Notes: generated from the sequence alone by a model not told the origin. DNA of 64,000 nt from an uncultured Alphaproteobacteria bacterium (GCA_963814615.1 CAWFDN010000004.1:148743-212742), one strand, 5' to 3'; numbered from the stretch's first letter, positions 34,839 through 46,201 are shown. Program-made: numbers and translations.

Positions 34839-36323
34839 TCAAAGATAGCCCTCACCGGCTTCCTCGGCAAAACGGCCGGGGTCACCTTCCCAGACGATCC
34901 GCGCGTGCTCCAGCACATACACGCGATCCGCATGCGGCAGCGCAAAGGTCACGTTTTGCTCGCCCAGCAACACCGTGATCGGCGTGGTCTGACGCAATTT
35001 TTCCAGCGCCTTCGATAGTTGTTCGAGAATGACCGGCGCGAGCCCAAGCGTGGGTTCGTCGAGGATCAGGATTTTTGGTTGCATCATCAGCGCGCGGCCG
35101 ATCGCCAGCATCTGCTGCTCACCTCCGGACAACGTCTGCGCCATCTGGCCTTGACGCTCTTTCAAAATCGGAAACAGCTCGAACAGCCAGGTCAGTTGCC
35201 TGTCCTTGACCTCGTCCGAAAGATGTTGCCCGCCGAGATCGAGATTTTCGCGCACGCTCATCTCACCGAACAACTCGCGCGATTCCGGGCATTGCACGAT
35301 GCCGCTTCGGGCGATACGCGCCGGGCTGGTGCCGCGCAGTTTTTCGCCGTCGCGGAGGATTTCGCCGGAGTACGGCAGGAAGCCTGAGATCGTGTTGAAC
35401 AGCGTGGTCTTGCCGGCGCCATTGAGCCCGACGACCGAGACGAATTCGCCTTGATGGACATGGATCGAGACATTTTCGAGCGCCTGCGCCTTGCCGTAAT
35501 GCACGCTGACGTTCTCGACCTGAAGCAACGGAATTTTGTCCTTGAAGCTGGTCTCGGGACGCGCCGAGGTCTCGATCGCGCCACCGAGATAGACCCGGCG
35601 CACCGTCTCGTTGCGCATCACCTCGTCGGCGCGGCCGGTGACGATTTCCTCGCCGAGATACATCGCCAGCACGCGATCGACCAGCGCGGCAACGCTTTTG
35701 ACGTTGTGGTCGACCAGCAGCACCGCGCGGCCTTCATCGCGAAAACTGCGGATCAGTTCGGAAAAGACGCCGACTTCGGCCAGCGTCAGCCCGGCGAACG
35801 GTTCGTCGACCAACACCACCTTGGGATCGCGTGCGATGGCCTTGGCGAGTTCGAGCCGGCGCAAATCTGCGAACGGCAATGTCGGTGGACGCCGATCCAT
35901 CACCGCGCCGAGACCGACCCGGTTGGCGATCCACTTCGCGCGTTCGGTCAGGGCTTTGTCCGCAAACAGCATGAACAGACTGTCGGGCAACAGCGCCACC
36001 ATGATGTTCTCAAGCACGGTTTGCCGGTTCAGCGGCCGTGAGTGCTGGAACACCATGCCGAAACCCTTGCGCGCGATTTTGTGCGCCGGCAGCCCGGCGA
36101 CGTTTTCGCCCTGGAAAATGACATCGCCCGCGGTGGGTCGCTCGATGCCCATGATCGACTTCATGGCGGTCGATTTGCCCGAACCGTTCGGGCCGATCAG
36201 ACCGAAAATCTCGCCGGCGTGCAGTTCGAGGCTCAGGTTTTTGACGGCGGTGAGACCGCCGAAGCGCTTGGTCAGGCCGCGGACTTCGAGCACGGGGGCG
36301 TTGCTGGCGATCGCGTTCATCAC
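34839..36323 (-). CDS. fused double ATPase of a branched-chain-amino-acid-type (Liv) ABC transporter (LivG-like + LivF-like halves)
   Basis: There are two complete nucleotide-binding domains. First: GPNGSGKST ... VVLVDEPFAGL. Second: GLNGAGKTT ... LSGGEQQM ... ILILDEPTLGLAP. 494 aa. Confidence 0.85.
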   Translation of the reverse strand: MMNAIASNAPVLEVRGLTKRFGGLTAVKNLSLELHAGEIFGLIGPNGSGKSTAMKSIMGIERPTAGDVIFQGENVAGLPAHKIARKGFGMVFQHSRPLNRQTVLENIMVALLPDSLFMLFADKALTERAKWIANRVGLGAVMDRRPPTLPFADLRRLELAKAIARDPKVVLVDEPFAGLTLAEVGVFSELIRSFRDEGRAVLLVDHNVKSVAALVDRVLAMYLGEEIVTGRADEVMRNETVRRVYLGGAIETSARPETSFKDKIPLLQVENVSVHYGKAQALENVSIHVHQGEFVSVVGLNGAGKTTLFNTISGFLPYSGEILRDGEKLRGTSPARIARSGIVQCPESRELFGEMSVRENLDLGGQHLSDEVKDRQLTWLFELFPILKERQGQMAQTLSGGEQQMLAIGRALMMQPKILILDEPTLGLAPVILEQLSKALEKLRQTTPITVLLGEQNVTFALPHADRVYVLEHARIVWEGDPGRFAEEAGEGYL

Positions 36324-37252
36324 GAGCGCGCCTCGCGCGACAAGGCCGCCCCGAGGAAGCCGCCCGGGAAGAACAGGACCACGAGCAAGGCGACGGCAGA
36401 GACGATGAATGTCGCCAATTCACCGGTCGGCCGCAGAAATTCGCCGGCGACGATCAGGAAGATCGCGCCCAACGCCGCCCCGAGCACCGTACGGCGGCCA
36501 CCCAGCACCGCGGCCACGATGACGTTGACCCCGACGGCGATGTCGACAACGGTGCCCACCGAAGCGGTGCCGAAATAGAACACCAGCAACGCGCCAGAGA
36601 GACCGGAGAAAAATGCGCTCACGACAAACGCTGCGAGTTTGTGCTTGACGATGTTGAACCCGAGTGCGCCGGCTTGCACCGGATCCTGCCCGCTGGCCTG
36701 CAACACAAGACCGACCGGGGACTGCGAAAGACCGTACAGGATGATGGCGCTGATGGTCATGAACCCGAGCGCAATCCAGTAATTCACCCCGGCGTCGATC
36801 GAAATCACATCCGGAATGGTCAGGCCGATCTCACCGCCGGTGAGGTCGGCAAACACCACGATGAAGTTCTGCAGCATCAGCACCGCGACAAGCGTAGTCA
36901 GCCCAAAATAAGGACCGCGCACCCGCAAGGCCGGGAGCGCCAGCACGAAACCCGCGATCACCGACGCCATCGCGCCCAGAAAGATGCACAGATACACCGA
37001 CCATCCATATTGGTTGTTGAGGATGCCCGCGGTGTAGGCGCCGACGCCGATCAGGAACGTCGGACCGAAATTCACTTCGCCGGCGAATCCGAACAGCAGA
37101 TCCCACGACATCGCGAACACGCCGAAGTAATAGGCCACCGTCAGCAGACCAAGAATATAGCCGGAGACATATAGCGGCAACGTCGAGGCGACGATCACGA
37201 TGCCAAGCGCGGTCCAGAACAGCCGCGATTTGAAGAAAGTCTCCATGCTCAT
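36320..37252 (-). CDS. Liv-type ABC transporter permease (LivM-like)
   Basis: Multi-TM protein. The ATG at 37252 overlaps the LivH-like stop (ATGA at 37249-37252). The 94-codon upstream extension is rejected. Confidence 0.85.
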   Translation of the reverse strand: MSMETFFKSRLFWTALGIVIVASTLPLYVSGYILGLLTVAYYFGVFAMSWDLLFGFAGEVNFGPTFLIGVGAYTAGILNNQYGWSVYLCIFLGAMASVIAGFVLALPALRVRGPYFGLTTLVAVLMLQNFIVVFADLTGGEIGLTIPDVISIDAGVNYWIALGFMTISAIILYGLSQSPVGLVLQASGQDPVQAGALGFNIVKHKLAAFVVSAFFSGLSGALLVFYFGTASVGTVVDIAVGVNVIVAAVLGGRRTVLGAALGAIFLIVAGEFLRPTGELATFIVSAVALLVVLFFPGGFLGAALSREARS

Positions 37253-38124
37253 CGCCTCCCGAGCAGGCCCTGGGGGCGGATGTACATCACGATCACCAAT
37301 AGTAGCAGCGCCGGAATCGTCCGATAAGCGGGCGAAAGCAGATAGGCGGTGAGGGTTTCGAGATAGCCGACCACGAATGCGGCGATCAGCGAGCCGGACA
37401 CGCTGCCGAGACCGCCCAATACCACGATCGAGAAGGCGCTCGCGGTCAGCGGCCCCACGCTGTAGGAGCTGACACCGAGAAACATTCCGAGCAGCACCCC
37501 GGCAATGCCGGCGAGAACGCCGTAGATGGCCCAAACCACGACATAGATGCTCGTGAGTTCGAGCCCGAGCAGCGTGACGCCACGCGGATTCATCGACGCC
37601 GCCAGTACCGCTTTTCCGGTCCGGGTCCGGTTCACCAACAGCCAGAGCAGACCGATCACGAGGCTGCAGACCAGAGCCGTGAAGATCTCGTTTTTCGGCG
37701 TACGCACGCCGAGAACGTCAATCACGCCCTCGACGATCGGCAGCACGGTCTTGGCGTTGTTGGTGAAGAAATACGCGATCAGTTCCTGGATCATGATCCC
37801 CCACAGCAACGTGCCGGTGAGGACGAAAATTTCCTTCTCCTCGTTGGGAATCCGCGTCGATTTCTGAATCGGCTGCACCACCGCGAAGTAGGTGACGAGC
37901 GCGGCAACCAGTGCTGTCGCCACGCCGACCAGCGCGCCGGCGTAGGTGTTCAAATGCAGCACGCTCGAAGCGGCCCATGCCGCCACCGCCGCCAGCACCA
38001 TGATGGCGCCGTGCGACAGATTAAGCACACCGGAGACGCCGAAGATCAGCGTGAAACCGGTCGCACCCAAAGCGTACAGCGCGCTGATGGCAAAGCCGTC
38101 GATCAGTATCTGGAAGAAAAGCAT
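37249..38124 (-). CDS. Liv-type ABC transporter permease (LivH-like)
   Basis: MLFFQILIDGFAISALYALGATGFTLIFGVSGVLNLSHG is the typical LivH N-terminus. Confidence 0.85.
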   Translation of the reverse strand: MLFFQILIDGFAISALYALGATGFTLIFGVSGVLNLSHGAIMVLAAVAAWAASSVLHLNTYAGALVGVATALVAALVTYFAVVQPIQKSTRIPNEEKEIFVLTGTLLWGIMIQELIAYFFTNNAKTVLPIVEGVIDVLGVRTPKNEIFTALVCSLVIGLLWLLVNRTRTGKAVLAASMNPRGVTLLGLELTSIYVVVWAIYGVLAGIAGVLLGMFLGVSSYSVGPLTASAFSIVVLGGLGSVSGSLIAAFVVGYLETLTAYLLSPAYRTIPALLLLVIVMYIRPQGLLGRR

Positions 38125-38179
38125 TTACAGGGGCCGCGGCAGCATCGCTGCCTCACTCTGGGAAAATGACAATAAGGAA

Positions 38180-38207
38180 GATACTCCCGGGCGATCCCGG
38201 GAGTATC
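38180..38207 (-). other. intercistronic hairpin after the substrate-binding-protein gene
   Basis: 12-bp perfect stem GATACTCCCGGG/CCCGGGAGTATC with a 4-nt loop, lying between the SBP stop (38218) and the permease start (38124). Confidence 0.5.
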
Positions 38208-38217
38208 TGAGCGAATT

Positions 38218-39474
38218 TCAGTTCGAGCTGAACTTGATGAAGCTCGGGAACTTCAACTGTCCTTTGGCGACGTCCTTCGGCCAAACGCTGACCTGCTTGC
38301 CATCCTGCCACTGCAACATCAAGCCGGTGATCAGCCCTTTGCCGTATTTGATCGAATGGGTGAATTGATCGTCCTTGCCGTAGAACTGGATGCGGCCGAT
38401 GGTGCCCACCCAATCGGTTTTTTCCAGCGCATCGACCAACTTGTCTGCGTCGGTCGAGCCGGCGCGCTTGACGGCATCGGCGATGTAATAAACTTCGTCA
38501 TACGAGGTGTAGCCGGCATACGAGGGATAGTTGCCGAACTTCGCCTTGAATCCTTCCGCGAACGGAATCGACTTCGGCGTTACCGCGACGTCAGGACCGG
38601 AGACGCCTTGATAGAGCACACCGTCGGAGGCGTCGTTGGTGTCCTTGCCGAACGTGCTGTTGGTGGCCTGAGAGCTGATGCCAAACATCGGAATCGGCAC
38701 CTGCTGATTCTTCCACTGCACGGTCGGCTGCACGCCGACATGCGAAATGCCGGTGATCATCACGTCGGGCTTCGCAGCTTCGATCTTGTTGAAGATCGGT
38801 GTGAAGTCGGTGGTGTCGGGCGAGAAGCGAATATGGTCGAGTACCTTCAACCCGATCTTGGGCAGGCATTCCTCGTATCCGACGTCGAGCGGCTTGGTCC
38901 AGGCGGCGTCCTCGCTCGTGATCACCGCTGTCTTGAGGTGCTTGTCGTCCACCAGCAGTTCCTTGGCGGCGTCGCAGACCGACAGCGCGAGTGCTGCGGA
39001 GGTCAGGTAGCCGTGGAAGGTATATTTGTTCTTCTCGTAATCATTATGGACGCTCTTGCTGATCTCGTTGGACGCCGCCCCCGGCGTAATAAAGGGAGTC
39101 TTGAGCCGCGAGGCCCAAGGTTCCAGCGCCAGCACAACCTCGCTGATGTAGCTTGCGATGACGATGTTGACCTTGTCCTCGTTAACCGCGCGTTGGAACG
39201 CGCGAACCGAATCCGCCGAGGATGAATGGTTGTCGTAGGTGACGATTTCGATCTTGCGTCCGTCGACGCCGCCCTTCGCATTGATTTCGTCCGCGGCCAT
39301 CTGAGCGGCTTGGGGAATCGACGCGCCGGCAATGGCCTGCGCTTCCGCGATCACCCCGATCTTGATGGGATCGGCGGCGAAAGCCGGACCGGAAGCCGCC
39401 AACAGGCCAAGGGCGCTCGCTCCGAGAAGACCCCGCATTGACCGGGACGCAAGCGTTCGTGATGTTTTTGTCAT
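38218..39474 (-). CDS. Liv-type (type 1 periplasmic binding fold) ABC substrate-binding protein
   Basis: Signal peptide ...GLLAASGPAFAADPIKIGV. 418 aa, LivK/amide-urea binding family pattern. Confidence 0.85.
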   Translation of the reverse strand: MTKTSRTLASRSMRGLLGASALGLLAASGPAFAADPIKIGVIAEAQAIAGASIPQAAQMAADEINAKGGVDGRKIEIVTYDNHSSSADSVRAFQRAVNEDKVNIVIASYISEVVLALEPWASRLKTPFITPGAASNEISKSVHNDYEKNKYTFHGYLTSAALALSVCDAAKELLVDDKHLKTAVITSEDAAWTKPLDVGYEECLPKIGLKVLDHIRFSPDTTDFTPIFNKIEAAKPDVMITGISHVGVQPTVQWKNQQVPIPMFGISSQATNSTFGKDTNDASDGVLYQGVSGPDVAVTPKSIPFAEGFKAKFGNYPSYAGYTSYDEVYYIADAVKRAGSTDADKLVDALEKTDWVGTIGRIQFYGKDDQFTHSIKYGKGLITGLMLQWQDGKQVSVWPKDVAKGQLKFPSFIKFSSN

Positions 39475-39681
39475 GTCGTTCCTCCATTTGCCGGTTTTTT
39501 GATATTTGCCGGTTTCTTGCCCGACTTTACGGCTACTGTAACCGTGGTTCCGCGGTCAGCAAGCGAAACCGCATCGAAAATCCCTTCACGATTGCGAATT
39601 TGGGCAGGCAAGGTAAAAACGGGGCCGGCTGGCGCACAATTTCGGCTAGTCGGTCCCGCGCCAAGTCCCTGAGAGAATGAT

Positions 39682-40686
39682 ATGGCTGAGCAGAACAACG
39701 AAGCTTTGAAGATAGACCGCAGGGTATTGCTTGCGGGGATTTCGGCAGGCGCGGTCGCAACGACAGCGCACGCGGCGTTCGCCCAGCAATCCCCGACACC
39801 GGCTTCGGAAAAAGGCCCTGCGATCTGGCTCGACCTCGATCAAAAGCAGTTGGACGACGCGTATGATCAATCCAAATACGCGCCAAATTTGCAGCAGATC
39901 ACAAAACGCTATGCATCAAACAGCGTTGCGATGAGAGCGCGGGTCGGCGAGCCCAAACGCTTCAACTACGGCCCGACCGCGATCGAACACCTTGAACTCT
40001 ATTCGACCAAGCGGCCGAACGCGCCGATCCACATCCATATTCACGGCGGGGCCTGGCACCAGCGTCCGGCCACCGAGTACGGCTTTCCGGCCGAAATGCT
40101 GATGAACGCCGGCGCGCATTACGTCGTACCGGACTTCATTTCGGTGGACGAAGCCAATGGGGATCTGATGCCAATGGTGGAGCAGGTTCGGCGTTGCATC
40201 GCATGGACCGCGCGCAATGCACAAAATTTTGGCGGTGACGCCGAGCGCATCTACCTGTCCGGCTTCTCCTCGGGCGCGCATCTGGCGGGCGTCGCTCTCC
40301 TGACGGATTGGGTCAAGGATTTCGACCTTCCCGGCAACCTCATCAAAGGCGCCGTGCTTTCGAGCGGCATCTACGACCTCAAGCCGGTCCGGCTTTCCGC
40401 ACGCTCGAAATACGTCAGATTCACCGATGAGATCGAGGAAAACCTCAGCACGCAACGGCACCTCGCGCGCATCAACACGCCGCTGTTCCTGGCGCACGGC
40501 ACCTACGAGACGCCCGAATTTCAACGGCAAACCCGTGACTTTGCCGCTGCACTCAAGGCCGCCGACAAACCCGTGACGTACCTTGTGAACGAGAACTACA
40601 ACCACTTTGAAATGATGGAGACGTTCGCGAGCCCTTACGGTCTCCTCGGCCGCGCCGTTCTGGAGCAGATGCAACTCCGCACCTGA
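39682..40686 (+). CDS. Tat-exported alpha/beta hydrolase (esterase / arylformamidase-like)
   Basis: Twin-arginine KIDRRVLLAGISAGAVATTAHAAFA. Oxyanion HIHGGAW. Nucleophile elbow GFSSGAH. Confidence 0.75.
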   Translation: MAEQNNEALKIDRRVLLAGISAGAVATTAHAAFAQQSPTPASEKGPAIWLDLDQKQLDDAYDQSKYAPNLQQITKRYASNSVAMRARVGEPKRFNYGPTAIEHLELYSTKRPNAPIHIHIHGGAWHQRPATEYGFPAEMLMNAGAHYVVPDFISVDEANGDLMPMVEQVRRCIAWTARNAQNFGGDAERIYLSGFSSGAHLAGVALLTDWVKDFDLPGNLIKGAVLSSGIYDLKPVRLSARSKYVRFTDEIEENLSTQRHLARINTPLFLAHGTYETPEFQRQTRDFAAALKAADKPVTYLVNENYNHFEMMETFASPYGLLGRAVLEQMQLRT

Positions 40687-40690
40687 TCCA

Positions 40691-41387
40691 TCACTGAACG
40701 CCGAGGCGCTGGAACAGCAGATCGGTCTGCTGCGCCAGGGCTTTCGCCTCGCCCTGATGCACCACCTGCCCGGTCTCCAGGATATAGACCCGGTCGGCGA
40801 TCGCGAGCGCGCTGTAGAGATTTTGCTCCACCAACAGGATCGACAATCCTTCGCGCTTGAGGTTCAGGACGATCTCTTCGAGGTGCTGCACCATCACCGG
40901 CGCCAGTCCTTCGGATGGTTCGTCCATCAGGATCAGTTCCGGGTCGATCATCAACGCGCGCCCGACCGCCAGCATGCCGCGCTCGCCGCCGGACAATTGC
41001 CCGCCGCGGTGATGCCGCCGCTCCGCGAGCCGCGGAAAGATCGAGAACACCCGGTCCACGGTCCAGCCGTCCTTGCTGCGCGCGCTTTTGAGCATGGTCA
41101 AATGCTCGGTCACCGTCAGCGAGGCAAACAGCCGCCGTCCCTGCGGCACGATCGCAATTCTACGGCCAGCGATGTCGTGAGGCCGCAAGCCAATCAGGCT
41201 CTCGCCGCGCCACTCGATCGATCCGGATTTGATCTGCGGCGGTGTCAGTCCCATGATCGAGCGGATGAACGTGGTTTTGCCCATTCCGTTGCGGCCGAGA
41301 AGGGCGACGATCTCGCCGGCGCCGACATCGAGCGAGACGCCGCGGATCACCACCGCCTCGCCATAGCCGCTGTAGAGATCGCGAACC

Positions 41388-41395
<8 letters not shown>
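40691..41395 (-). CDS. Liv-type ABC ATP-binding protein (LivF-like)
   Basis: GRNGMGKTT, LSGGERGM, LILMDEPSEGLAP. Confidence 0.9.
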
Positions 41396-42149
<754 letters not shown>

Positions 42150-42164
42150 TCCCAAACTTGGAAA

Positions 42165-42187
42165 GACGCGGCCGATGCGGCCGCGTC
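42165..42187 (-). other. intercistronic hairpin after the substrate-binding-protein gene
   Basis: 10-bp perfect GC-rich stem GACGCGGCCG/CGGCCGCGTC with a 3-nt loop, between the SBP stop (42205) and the livG-like start. Confidence 0.5.
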
Positions 42188-42204
42188 CCGTCGGCGAGGC
42201 CGGA

Positions 42205-43464
42205 TCAGGCTTTCTTGATGCCCTGGAAGCTGCGCGAGTAAGGCGGTTGCTTCATATAGGTCTCCGGATCGTACTTCCAGAACTGCGAGACGTTCGGATA
42301 AGTCGTGACCGGGACGTTCCAGAATTTGCCGTCGCCGCGTTTAACGACTTTACGGATGTAAACGTCGTAGATCGGGTTGCCGTAGGCGTCGAGCTTGACC
42401 GCCTTGCCGAGCGGCGAGCCGTCGAGTTCGGTCTTCAAGACGGTCTCGATGAAGGCCTCGCGGTCTTCGACCTTGCCGCCCATCTTGTCCAGCGCCGCGG
42501 CAATCCACATCACGCCGGAAAACATCGAGAAGCCGTAGAGCGAGGGGATCTTGCCGTACTTCGCCTCGTATTCCCGGGTGAATTTCTGCGTCACCGGATT
42601 GTCCGATCCTTCGGCGAAGTGCGCCGGCGAGATGATGCCTTCGCATTCCTCGCCCAGCGTGCGGATCACCGACTGATCGGTGCCGTTCATGGCGGTGAGC
42701 AGCGGCGTCTTCGCCTTCAGGCCGAAATTTGCATATTGCTGGATGAAGCGGGTGGAATCCGCTCCCGTCTCCATCGCGAAGATCGCGTCGACCTTGAGAT
42801 CGGCAAGCTGGCCGAGATACGGGCTGAAGTCCGCGGTGTTGAGCGGGTGCCAAAACTGCTGCACGATTTCGCCGCCACCTTCGGTGAAGACCTGGGCGAG
42901 ACCGCCGCACTGCTCATGGCCGAAGGTGTAATCCTGGCTGATGGTGGCGATCTTCCTGTAACCCTGCTTGAGCGCCCAATCGCCGAGCGGATGGGTGAAG
43001 GCGCTGGCGCTATAGCCGGCAACGCGGATCACGTTCTTGATGCGCTGGCGCTGGGTCAGATCGTCCGCGGCGATGATCGGGATGAAATACGGCGTGCCGG
43101 TGCCCTTCACGTAATTGGCGACCGCAAGCCCGGTGTTGGCGAGCAGGTTGCCGATCAGCATGTGGCAATTGCTTTGCTCGACCAGCCGACGCGCCTTTTG
43201 CAGCGCGGTATCGGGATTGGAGGCGTCGTCCTCGATCACGAGTTCGACCTTGCGGCCGGCGATCTCGTTCTTGACCTGATCGAGATAGAACTGCACGCCC
43301 TCGACCATTTCCTTGCCGCCCGACGCGACGACGCCGGTGAGCGGCGCGAGCAGACCAATCTTGATCGGACCAGCCTGGGCCTGGGCGCTACGCCACGGTG
43401 CGGCACCGACGCCTGCAGCGGTCAAAGCCGCGGTGGTGGTCTTCAAGAATTGCCTGCGGTCCAT
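42205..43464 (-). CDS. Liv-type ABC substrate-binding protein with Tat-like signal
   Basis: ATG at 43464 with AGGA upstream. MDRRQFLKTTTAALTAAGVGAAPWRSAQA. Type 1 PBP pattern. Confidence 0.85.
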   Translation of the reverse strand: MDRRQFLKTTTAALTAAGVGAAPWRSAQAQAGPIKIGLLAPLTGVVASGGKEMVEGVQFYLDQVKNEIAGRKVELVIEDDASNPDTALQKARRLVEQSNCHMLIGNLLANTGLAVANYVKGTGTPYFIPIIAADDLTQRQRIKNVIRVAGYSASAFTHPLGDWALKQGYRKIATISQDYTFGHEQCGGLAQVFTEGGGEIVQQFWHPLNTADFSPYLGQLADLKVDAIFAMETGADSTRFIQQYANFGLKAKTPLLTAMNGTDQSVIRTLGEECEGIISPAHFAEGSDNPVTQKFTREYEAKYGKIPSLYGFSMFSGVMWIAAALDKMGGKVEDREAFIETVLKTELDGSPLGKAVKLDAYGNPIYDVYIRKVVKRGDGKFWNVPVTTYPNVSQFWKYDPETYMKQPPYSRSFQGIKKA

Positions 43465-43492
43465 CTCGGTGTCCTTTCGTGAAAGCATTCGA

Positions 43493-44461
43493 TTAACGCA
43501 CCTTGCGCGTCACAATCGCGCGCAGCTTGCCGATGATGCCCTCGGGGGCAAGGATCATGATCAGGATGAACGTAACCCCGAGCACCGTTTGCCAGCGCTC
43601 GGTATAGGCGCTGACCATGTTCTCAAGCGCAATGATCGCGGCGGCTCCGACGAAGGCGCCGAACAGGGTCCCGACCCCACCGGCGATCATCATCAGCACG
43701 CCCTCGACCGACTGCGCCAGTGCCACTGTGGAGGGACTGACGAAATTGTTGAACAGCGCATACAGCGCACCGGCGACGCCTGCGAAAAACCCGGACACCG
43801 TGAAGCCAATGAACAGATGCAGCGGGACATTGTAGCCGAGGCTGCGCATGCGGCTTTCGCTGTCGCGGATTCCGCGCAGCGTCAGCCCGAATGGCGAGCG
43901 CACGAACCGCCACATCGCATAAGATACCACCGCGGCGCCTGCCAGTACCGCCCAGTAGAATGCGTGGTTGGTCGATAACCACACCGGGCGAACATCGCCC
44001 CGCATGCCGTTCTCGCCGCCGGTCACCTGGGTCCAGCGCAAGCAGATGCCCCAGACGATCATGCCGAGCGCCAGCGTCAACAGCAAAAAGTAGACGCCGG
44101 AGGTGCGCACCGCGAGCAGCCCGAAGATCGCCGCCACCAGCGTCGCAGCCAGCACACCGAGCGCAAACGCCGGCACCGGCGGCAGACCGGCCTGTGCGCT
44201 GGCGTAGACGACCACATAGGTCGAGACCCCGAAGATCGCACCGTGGCCGAGCGAGGTGCGCCCGGCGAAGCCGGCAAGAATGTCGATCGACATCGCGAGA
44301 ATGCCAAAGATCAGCACTTCGGTGGCGAGCCCGACCTGGTAGTTCGACAACACCAGCGGCAGGGCCGCGGCGACCATAACGACAAAGACGGCGCTCAACG
44401 CCGTGCGGCCGCTCATGCCGGCGATGTTTTGGAACGCAGGGGTGGCTTGCTTCATCGTCAT
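43493..44461 (-). CDS. Liv-type ABC permease (LivM-like)
   Basis: Multi-TM protein. ATGA overlap with the upstream permease stop at 44458-44461. Confidence 0.85.
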   Translation of the reverse strand: MTMKQATPAFQNIAGMSGRTALSAVFVVMVAAALPLVLSNYQVGLATEVLIFGILAMSIDILAGFAGRTSLGHGAIFGVSTYVVVYASAQAGLPPVPAFALGVLAATLVAAIFGLLAVRTSGVYFLLLTLALGMIVWGICLRWTQVTGGENGMRGDVRPVWLSTNHAFYWAVLAGAAVVSYAMWRFVRSPFGLTLRGIRDSESRMRSLGYNVPLHLFIGFTVSGFFAGVAGALYALFNNFVSPSTVALAQSVEGVLMMIAGGVGTLFGAFVGAAAIIALENMVSAYTERWQTVLGVTFILIMILAPEGIIGKLRAIVTRKVR

Positions 44462-45309
44462 GTGGCCCGTCCGAACAGGCCGAGCGGCCGGAACGCCAGC
44501 AACACCGCCATCGGACCAAAGATCACGAAGTAAGCCAATTCCGGAAACATCACCTGCCCCAGCGTATTGAGAAGCCCGACCAGCAGGCTGCCGACGGCCA
44601 CGCCTACCAGGCTGCCGCGGCCGCCGATGATGACCACCGCCAGACTGAACACCAGGATTTCGGCATCGGCCGACGGATACAGCGAGAGGAAAGCACCACC
44701 CATCAGCCCGCCGAGACCCGCCAAAGCCGAGCCGAGCAGGAAGGTAACCAGGAACACGCGGCGGATATTGACCCCTGAAGCCTCCACCATTTCCGCATCG
44801 TCAACCCCGGCGCGGATCAGCGCACCGAGTCTCGTGTGATTGAGCAACAGCCAAAGCGAAGCGAACACGACGATGCCGGTGGCCAGCACGAACAACCGGT
44901 AGGTCGGATAAAACACCCCGAACACGCGCAAGCCACCGCGCAGCGCTGGCGCGACCGGCACCGTAAAGCTGTCGCCGCCCCAGATCACCAGCGCCAGATC
45001 GTTGAGCACGAAGGCAAAGCCGAGCGTCAACAATACCTGGCGCAACTCGTTGCCGCGCACAAAGCGCAACAGCCCCTGGTCGAGCACAAAGCCGATCGCC
45101 GCCATGGCGGCCATGGCGCCGACGCCTCCCAGCGCAAAGCTGCCGGTCTTCACCGCGACCGTGTATCCGATATGGCCGCCGAACAGATAAAGCGCGCCAT
45201 GCGCCAGATTGACGATCCGCAACAGTCCGAAAATCAGCGTAAAGCCGCTCGCCACCACGAACAGCAGTGCGGCAAAGGTCAATCCGTTGAGAAGCTGAAA
45301 GATGCTCAT
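44458..45309 (-). CDS. Liv-type ABC permease (LivH-like)
   Basis: MSIFQLLNGLTFAALLFVVASGFTLIFGLLRIVNLAHG. It starts 13 nt after the deacetylase-fold gene stop. Confidence 0.85.
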   Translation of the reverse strand: MSIFQLLNGLTFAALLFVVASGFTLIFGLLRIVNLAHGALYLFGGHIGYTVAVKTGSFALGGVGAMAAMAAIGFVLDQGLLRFVRGNELRQVLLTLGFAFVLNDLALVIWGGDSFTVPVAPALRGGLRVFGVFYPTYRLFVLATGIVVFASLWLLLNHTRLGALIRAGVDDAEMVEASGVNIRRVFLVTFLLGSALAGLGGLMGGAFLSLYPSADAEILVFSLAVVIIGGRGSLVGVAVGSLLVGLLNTLGQVMFPELAYFVIFGPMAVLLAFRPLGLFGRAT

Positions 45310-45322
45310 TCCTGATGTGTGC

Positions 45323-46201
45323 TTACGGACCCTTGGGCCCGACCGATAGATACCAATCGAGAATCTGCTCTCCCGTCATGAAGGCGACGTCGGATTTGTG
45401 CCGGATCGCCTCGATGATGCGGCGGAAATATTTCAAACGATGCGGTGCGCCCATGATGTAGGGGTGCAAGACCAATGCCATGACGCGGGCGGAATCGGCG
45501 GAATCCTCATAAATCTGCTCGAACTGATCGATAGCGCGGTCGTAATATTCCGACGCCTTGTGGTGCTGGATCAGCATCATCGCGACATCGTTGCATTCCT
45601 GGGTATAGGGCACATTGACGATCGGCGTGGTGGTCGTCTTCAACCATACCGGCTGATCGTCCAGGACCCAGTCGGCGACATATTCGTAGCCCTCTTGCTT
45701 GAGCAAGTCCGGCGTCTCCCAGGTCTCGGTGAGGCCGGGCCCAAGCCAGCCGCGCGGCCGTTTGCCGGTCGCGGCCGCGATCACGTCGGCGGTCTTGCGA
45801 ATATCCTCGCGCTCGTTTTCGACCTTCTGCATGTTGCGCTGGGTGAAGCCGTGGCCCATGAACTCCCAGTTGCGCCGTAACGCCGCTTCCGCAATCGCCG
45901 GATAGGCTGATAGCGCCGAGCCGTTGATGGCGAGCACGCCGGGGATCTTGAAGTCGTCGAACACCTTGAGGATGCGCCAGAAGCCGACGCGGTTGCCGTA
46001 TTCGTGCCAGGCCCAGTTCGGAATGTCCGGCGTCGGCGAGCCCCCGGCCGGCGGCGTCAAGACCGTGCGCGGCATCGTCTGCTTCGGATCCCACTCCTCG
46101 ACATTGACAATGACCCAGACCGCCATCCGCGCGCCGTTCGGCAGCTTCAGCGGCGCGCGGGTCGCGATCGGCGAATAGGCAATGCGTTCGTTCGGTAACA
46201 T
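45323..46201 (-). CDS. polysaccharide deacetylase (carbohydrate esterase 4 / PuuE-like) fold hydrolase, paralog 1
   Basis: LKLPNGARMAVWVIVNVEEWD...PNWAWHEYGNRVGFWR...WEFMGHGF...RPRGWLGPGLTET. Paralogous to 46908..47807. Confidence 0.7.
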   Translation of the reverse strand: MLPNERIAYSPIATRAPLKLPNGARMAVWVIVNVEEWDPKQTMPRTVLTPPAGGSPTPDIPNWAWHEYGNRVGFWRILKVFDDFKIPGVLAINGSALSAYPAIAEAALRRNWEFMGHGFTQRNMQKVENEREDIRKTADVIAAATGKRPRGWLGPGLTETWETPDLLKQEGYEYVADWVLDDQPVWLKTTTTPIVNVPYTQECNDVAMMLIQHHKASEYYDRAIDQFEQIYEDSADSARVMALVLHPYIMGAPHRLKYFRRIIEAIRHKSDVAFMTGEQILDWYLSVGPKGP

